From: Elsinoe ampelina
Taxonomy: Eukaryota
Reading direction: 5' to 3'
NCBI GenBank assembly: GCA_010093995.1
Contig: ML992509.1
Location: 1,325,850 to 1,389,849, forward strand
Length of the DNA stretch: 64,000 bases
Below the pieces are notes generated by a model that had not been told where the DNA came from, ran no database searches, and saw nothing but the letters and a program-made list of their open reading frames with translations. This document shows positions 60,385 through 64,000 of this stretch, piece by piece; the first letter of the stretch is position 1; each line of letters starts with the position of its first letter. The position numbers and the translations under genes were made by a program.

Positions 60385-61624
60385 GGCGGACGAGCTGCAA
60401 GGAATTGATGGTGGTTGAGCCAAAATCAAGACTCATGAGCACAGTCTTGCGACGTCGTGTGTGCCCTCGCGGACTGTGATGTGTGAATGTGAGAGGTGAA
60501 AGTGAAGTCGAGCTTGAGCTTTGTTGAAAAAGTGGAGCTTCGATATCGCGAACCCAACCTCCGCAAAATTTCGGGCAGAGGTTCCGCGAGAGAGCGGTTC
60601 ACGAACTTCACGTTGGTGAAACGAACTACGCCAGGGTCTGCAGCCAACCGGCGATTTCACGGGAGATTGAGAATCGAGGGCTGTCCGACAATTCCTGCCT
60701 GGATAGAGCTTCTCTCTGTCAACCTCGGCAAGAGCTGTGGTGCCAAGAAGGACCCTGATTCAGTGCAACCAAGGTTGAACTGAGCACTCATCAACAGTTA
60801 CACCAGTTCATGATCAATTTAGACGGTTATTGTCTTATTCTGTTACCATCAAGGAGTTCTTCTAATTCAGCTATCTCTCAGTTCATCAGGTTGAGTATAT
60901 ATGTAGTTACAATCCACCTAATTTGGGTGGATCAGGCAGTAATAAATCTTCTCTCTCCCCACACACAAGTCAACACTCTCTGTCCGTCACGTGCATCTCG
61001 ATATGCATCACCAATTCACGCCTTCATTTCAAACCTTGATCTAATGTCAACTCAGTGACAACGCTTCTACTTGACTACCGTGCAAAAGTCTTTGGTCGCA
61101 TCGCACATGATCTTTTGCCTGATCTCCAAGACATTGCTTTACGAGTGAAGCATCTTGACTTTGGACTCCACTTGGTACCAGCACTGTGGAGGCTATACTG
61201 CCACCTTTCAACGCTACCAGCGCCCACAGATACTTCTGATTGGCGTTCGTGTCAGGCGTATGCACGCAAGACGTGCAAATGCGAGACAGCGATGGGCAGA
61301 GCTGGCCGGGTGATGAGCCGAGGCGGAGCACATTCCTGATTGTGGACAGAATCTCACTATGCGCAGCTGCACAGCGACCGTTATCCAAGGCGAGGAGCTG
61401 TATTTATCTCGGAGCTTGTTTTGATGCTTCTCCCGCATCCTTCTATCCTTCTGTGCTTCCATGCCTGTTGGCAGAGTGTGCATTAAGGCAGGATTCGGCC
61501 AAGCATGACGTCGCCAGCAGCTGAATGCTCAGCCTTTCCTGTTCTCACAAAGCAGATCAATCCCATGTCAAATATTATATAGTATCATGACTTCTCTGCT
61601 TCTACTTCCAGCTCACCGTCATTA

Positions 61625-61662
61625 CTTCTTTACTTCAGTACAGTCTTCTTTACTTCAGTACA
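61625..61662 (+). repeat. 18-bp direct repeat (20-bp period) in putative 5' UTR
   Basis: cttctttacttcagtaca at 61625-61642 and 61645-61662, downstream of a TATA-like ATTATATA near 61574. Confidence 0.85.
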
Positions 61663-61699
61663 CAAATCGCTCACGCCCCCCCTCTACCACTTCTTCGTC

Positions 61700-62290
61700 A
61701 TGAAGAGCTACAATCAACATCGCAGCGTGCTCGGAGTGGGCATGACCACTTCTCTCGTCCTACTCCTTACACTGCTAGCCTCTGTCGCTCAAGGCTCACC
61801 CATCATCACTACCGACAAGGACACCACTGGTCACCAAATCTGCAACTACAAGAATTTCTACCAGTGCGCCCCTTCCTTGGCCTATGAGAACGCTGTAGCA
61901 TTCGGTCACTCAATCGTCGACGATGCTCGTCACCTGAACGATCTCTACAAGCGTCGAGGGGGTGGAGGAAGCGGTGGTGGATCGGGTGGAGGATCAGGCG
62001 GCGGCTCTGGGGGCAGTGGCGGTTCTGGAGGAGGAAGCTCTGGTGGCAGTTCTGGTGGGAGCTCTGGCGGGAGCTCTGGTGGCAGTTCTGGCGGGAGTTC
62101 TGGTGGCAGTTCAGGCAGCTCTGGCAGCTCAGGCGCTAGCTCTGGTGGTGGAGGCCGCTCAAGTGGCTCAAGTGGCGGAGCAGCAGTCGTCGGTTCTTCT
62201 GGCTCGCGCAGCGCTGCCTCAACTCATAGTCAGGCTGTTGGCTTTGTTTCGGTCATTGTTGCTATTTCCGCAGCTTGTCTACTCATTTGA
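61700..62290 (+). CDS. Small secreted Gly/Ser-rich protein with KRR site and GPI-like C-terminus
   Basis: Signal-like TSLVLLLTLLASVAQG, two Cys, YKRR, (GGSS)n tract, and small-residue omega region plus hydrophobic tail VGFVSVIVAISAACLLI. Confidence 0.75.
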   Translation: MKSYNQHRSVLGVGMTTSLVLLLTLLASVAQGSPIITTDKDTTGHQICNYKNFYQCAPSLAYENAVAFGHSIVDDARHLNDLYKRRGGGGSGGGSGGGSGGGSGGSGGSGGGSSGGSSGGSSGGSSGGSSGGSSGGSSGSSGSSGASSGGGGRSSGSSGGAAVVGSSGSRSAASTHSQAVGFVSVIVAISAACLLI

Positions 62291-63036
62291 GGATACTGCC
62301 ATTGCCATATGATCACCTCATTGTAGGATCCAGGCCTGATCGAATGACTTCACGGAAATGCTTATGTCATAATGAAATGGGGTTGTGCATGGGCGCAAGG
62401 GGCATTGTACCACGATCGTAGCTAGATTGTTGAATCGGAAATACGTAGCAATCCACAATCTCATCTTCCTCTTCATTGGATACAGCTCCTGGACAAGTCT
62501 CGCACTTGTACCGCACCGTTCAGCGCGTGCTGCATGAATGCCTGGCTGCAAGTTCTGCCTGAGTTCGGATACGAAAGTTGCCGCCTTGCCGGATGCCAGC
62601 TCAGCCATTGGTGTTGGCCGTGTGAGCGTTGCAGCATCGCTCGAGAGTGTGAGTGCGGCTAGCTAGCTGCTTTACAGTGGTCGATGAAAATGGGCGGTCT
62701 TCCTCATCGAGCCCAGCGTTACATCCTGTGCTTCAGCTGTAGTAATCCCCACAGCGCTCACAGGTCGATGGGACGCACTCTAGACAAGACACCGTGTGTG
62801 CTCATTCCTTCGAATGATTATTGTTTGAGGCGGAGTGGTGCTGAAAGCGGCGTCTCGCCTGTGTGATGTGACCAAGCGCAGTTCAAATAGACTCGAATGA
62901 CAGGGGCGCCTTGGCGAGTATGAATAGTGCAGATTTATACTGAACATTCTTACTCTTATAGGGGAGCACCAGTCGACACGTCTCTATCAGTCAAATTGGA
63001 TCCTAACGCCCGACGCTTACTGCCAGCGTGTACGCG

Positions 63037-63495
63037 ATGCAGCCCGGTATACCTTGTCTTCTTGCCGTCACGATACTGGCTCCATCATTCACTCAAATGT
63101 GCTTCGCTACAGTAGTGCACCACATCGAGACGGCCTCATCGACTACGACATCCACCCTGGTCACCACCAACGCACTTGATCATGGTCCAAGAAGATCCGA
63201 TTGCCTCTATCGAACGCGATCGGTAGCACAGATGGCGCCAATCGACACAACTAGGACCGCTCATAGTGATCTCACTGTCATCCGCAAGCGGAAGGGCGGG
63301 AGAGGAGGTGGGGGTGGTCGAGGTAGTGGTAGCAGCTCTGCCAGTGGAGGGACCAGCGGTGCAACACAAGTGGGCGCGGCGAGGTCGCCAGGTGTCTCCG
63401 GAAGCACTGCTTCCAGCAGACATGGTGGCGACGTTATCGTCGTCGCCATACTGAGCTATCTGGCTGGCTTGGTCATGCTCGATCTGTTTGTTTAA
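63037..63495 (+). CDS. Small secreted Gly/Ser-rich protein with RKRK site and GPI-like C-terminus
   Basis: Signal-like MQPGIPCLLAVTILAPSFTQMCFA, IRKRKGGRGGGGGRGSG, hydrophobic tail VIVVAILSYLAGLVMLDLFV. Confidence 0.65.
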   Translation: MQPGIPCLLAVTILAPSFTQMCFATVVHHIETASSTTTSTLVTTNALDHGPRRSDCLYRTRSVAQMAPIDTTRTAHSDLTVIRKRKGGRGGGGGRGSGSSSASGGTSGATQVGAARSPGVSGSTASSRHGGDVIVVAILSYLAGLVMLDLFV

Positions 63496-64000
63496 CATTT
63501 CGCCGGAATCCTTTCAAGTCCACGACTATCACCAGCTATTGCTGGGGAAAAGGAACATGATGTGGACGGAGTCAGGAGTAGCCAAGAGAAAATATACTAC
63601 TGTGATCAACTGAGAGGCTCCCTCACCTTTCCAGTCGATGTACTGGAGGGGTTCCTGATTTTGGGTCGTGATGTCAAGCATTGAAGACGAAGTTCAACCA
63701 TGAAAACATCTTCAACGATACCCGTTACGTCCCCCACTCGATCCCCACACGTCCCCCCCGATTGACCCCACATGACGGCAGCTTCCTCGAACAAACTTGA
63801 CCCCTCCTCCCCGCTTCAATGACATGACCTGCAGGATCTCAACGCGTTCCTGACCCTCGGACCAAGGCAGGATAAGTATGTTTGACCGCTAAATTGAGGC
63901 AGTTGAGCTCCCTTCCATCATTCTCGTTTCCAGTCTCTTTGCCATACGAACCTCGAATCCCTTCCCTCACATCAGCCTGTCCTAGTATCCTACCGCATCA

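Noticed and set aside
60500..61600. Short ORFs or ncRNA between the Myb-protein gene and the secreted pair
   Set aside because: No codon bias, motif or recognisable RNA structure. No tRNA or rRNA gene was recognised anywhere in the window.
63606..64000. 3' end of a minus-strand gene at the window edge
   Set aside because: Short ORF with possible splice signals but no recognisable protein motif; it cannot be supported from this window.

Overview
Gene-dense chromosomal DNA from a filamentous ascomycete (Pezizomycotina; short GT-AG introns with CTRAC branch sites; RIP-active). It carries 19 supportable protein-coding genes: GAP1-type amino acid permease, a hypothetical protein, RRP9, Moco sulfurase hxB, an NAD(P)-binding oxidoreductase, SHR3, LSM5, a large WRN/EXD-type 3'-5' exonuclease, PRE4, an MBD4-like glycosylase, eIF3j, clathrin heavy chain, an INSIG protein, PNO1, CYT1, DIC1, a Net1/Dnt1-N + Myb protein and two small secreted Gly/Ser-rich GPI-like proteins. 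The ORF-poor AT-rich block at 35.5-53.1 kb resolves into one structurally complete but RIP-inactivated 17.6-kb nest. The outer element is a ~12-kb Ty3/Gypsy retrotransposon on the minus strand with 163-bp TG..CA LTRs and a 4-bp GCGC TSD. It carries an extra ~3.8-kb cassette holding an unknown coiled-coil ORF, bracketed by two copies of a 21-nt motif. A full-length Ty1/Copia element (202-bp LTRs, TTAAT TSD) sits inside its integrase, and an inverted solo LTR of the same Copia (TATTA TSD) sits inside the extra ORF. Other notable signals are a perfect UaY-type TCGG-N6-CCGA site upstream of hxB and C-rich to G-rich skew switches at all five convergent gene pairs. All calls come from reading the sequence by eye; no database searches were run. 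TE protein motifs were read by manually reverting RIP-type transitions.
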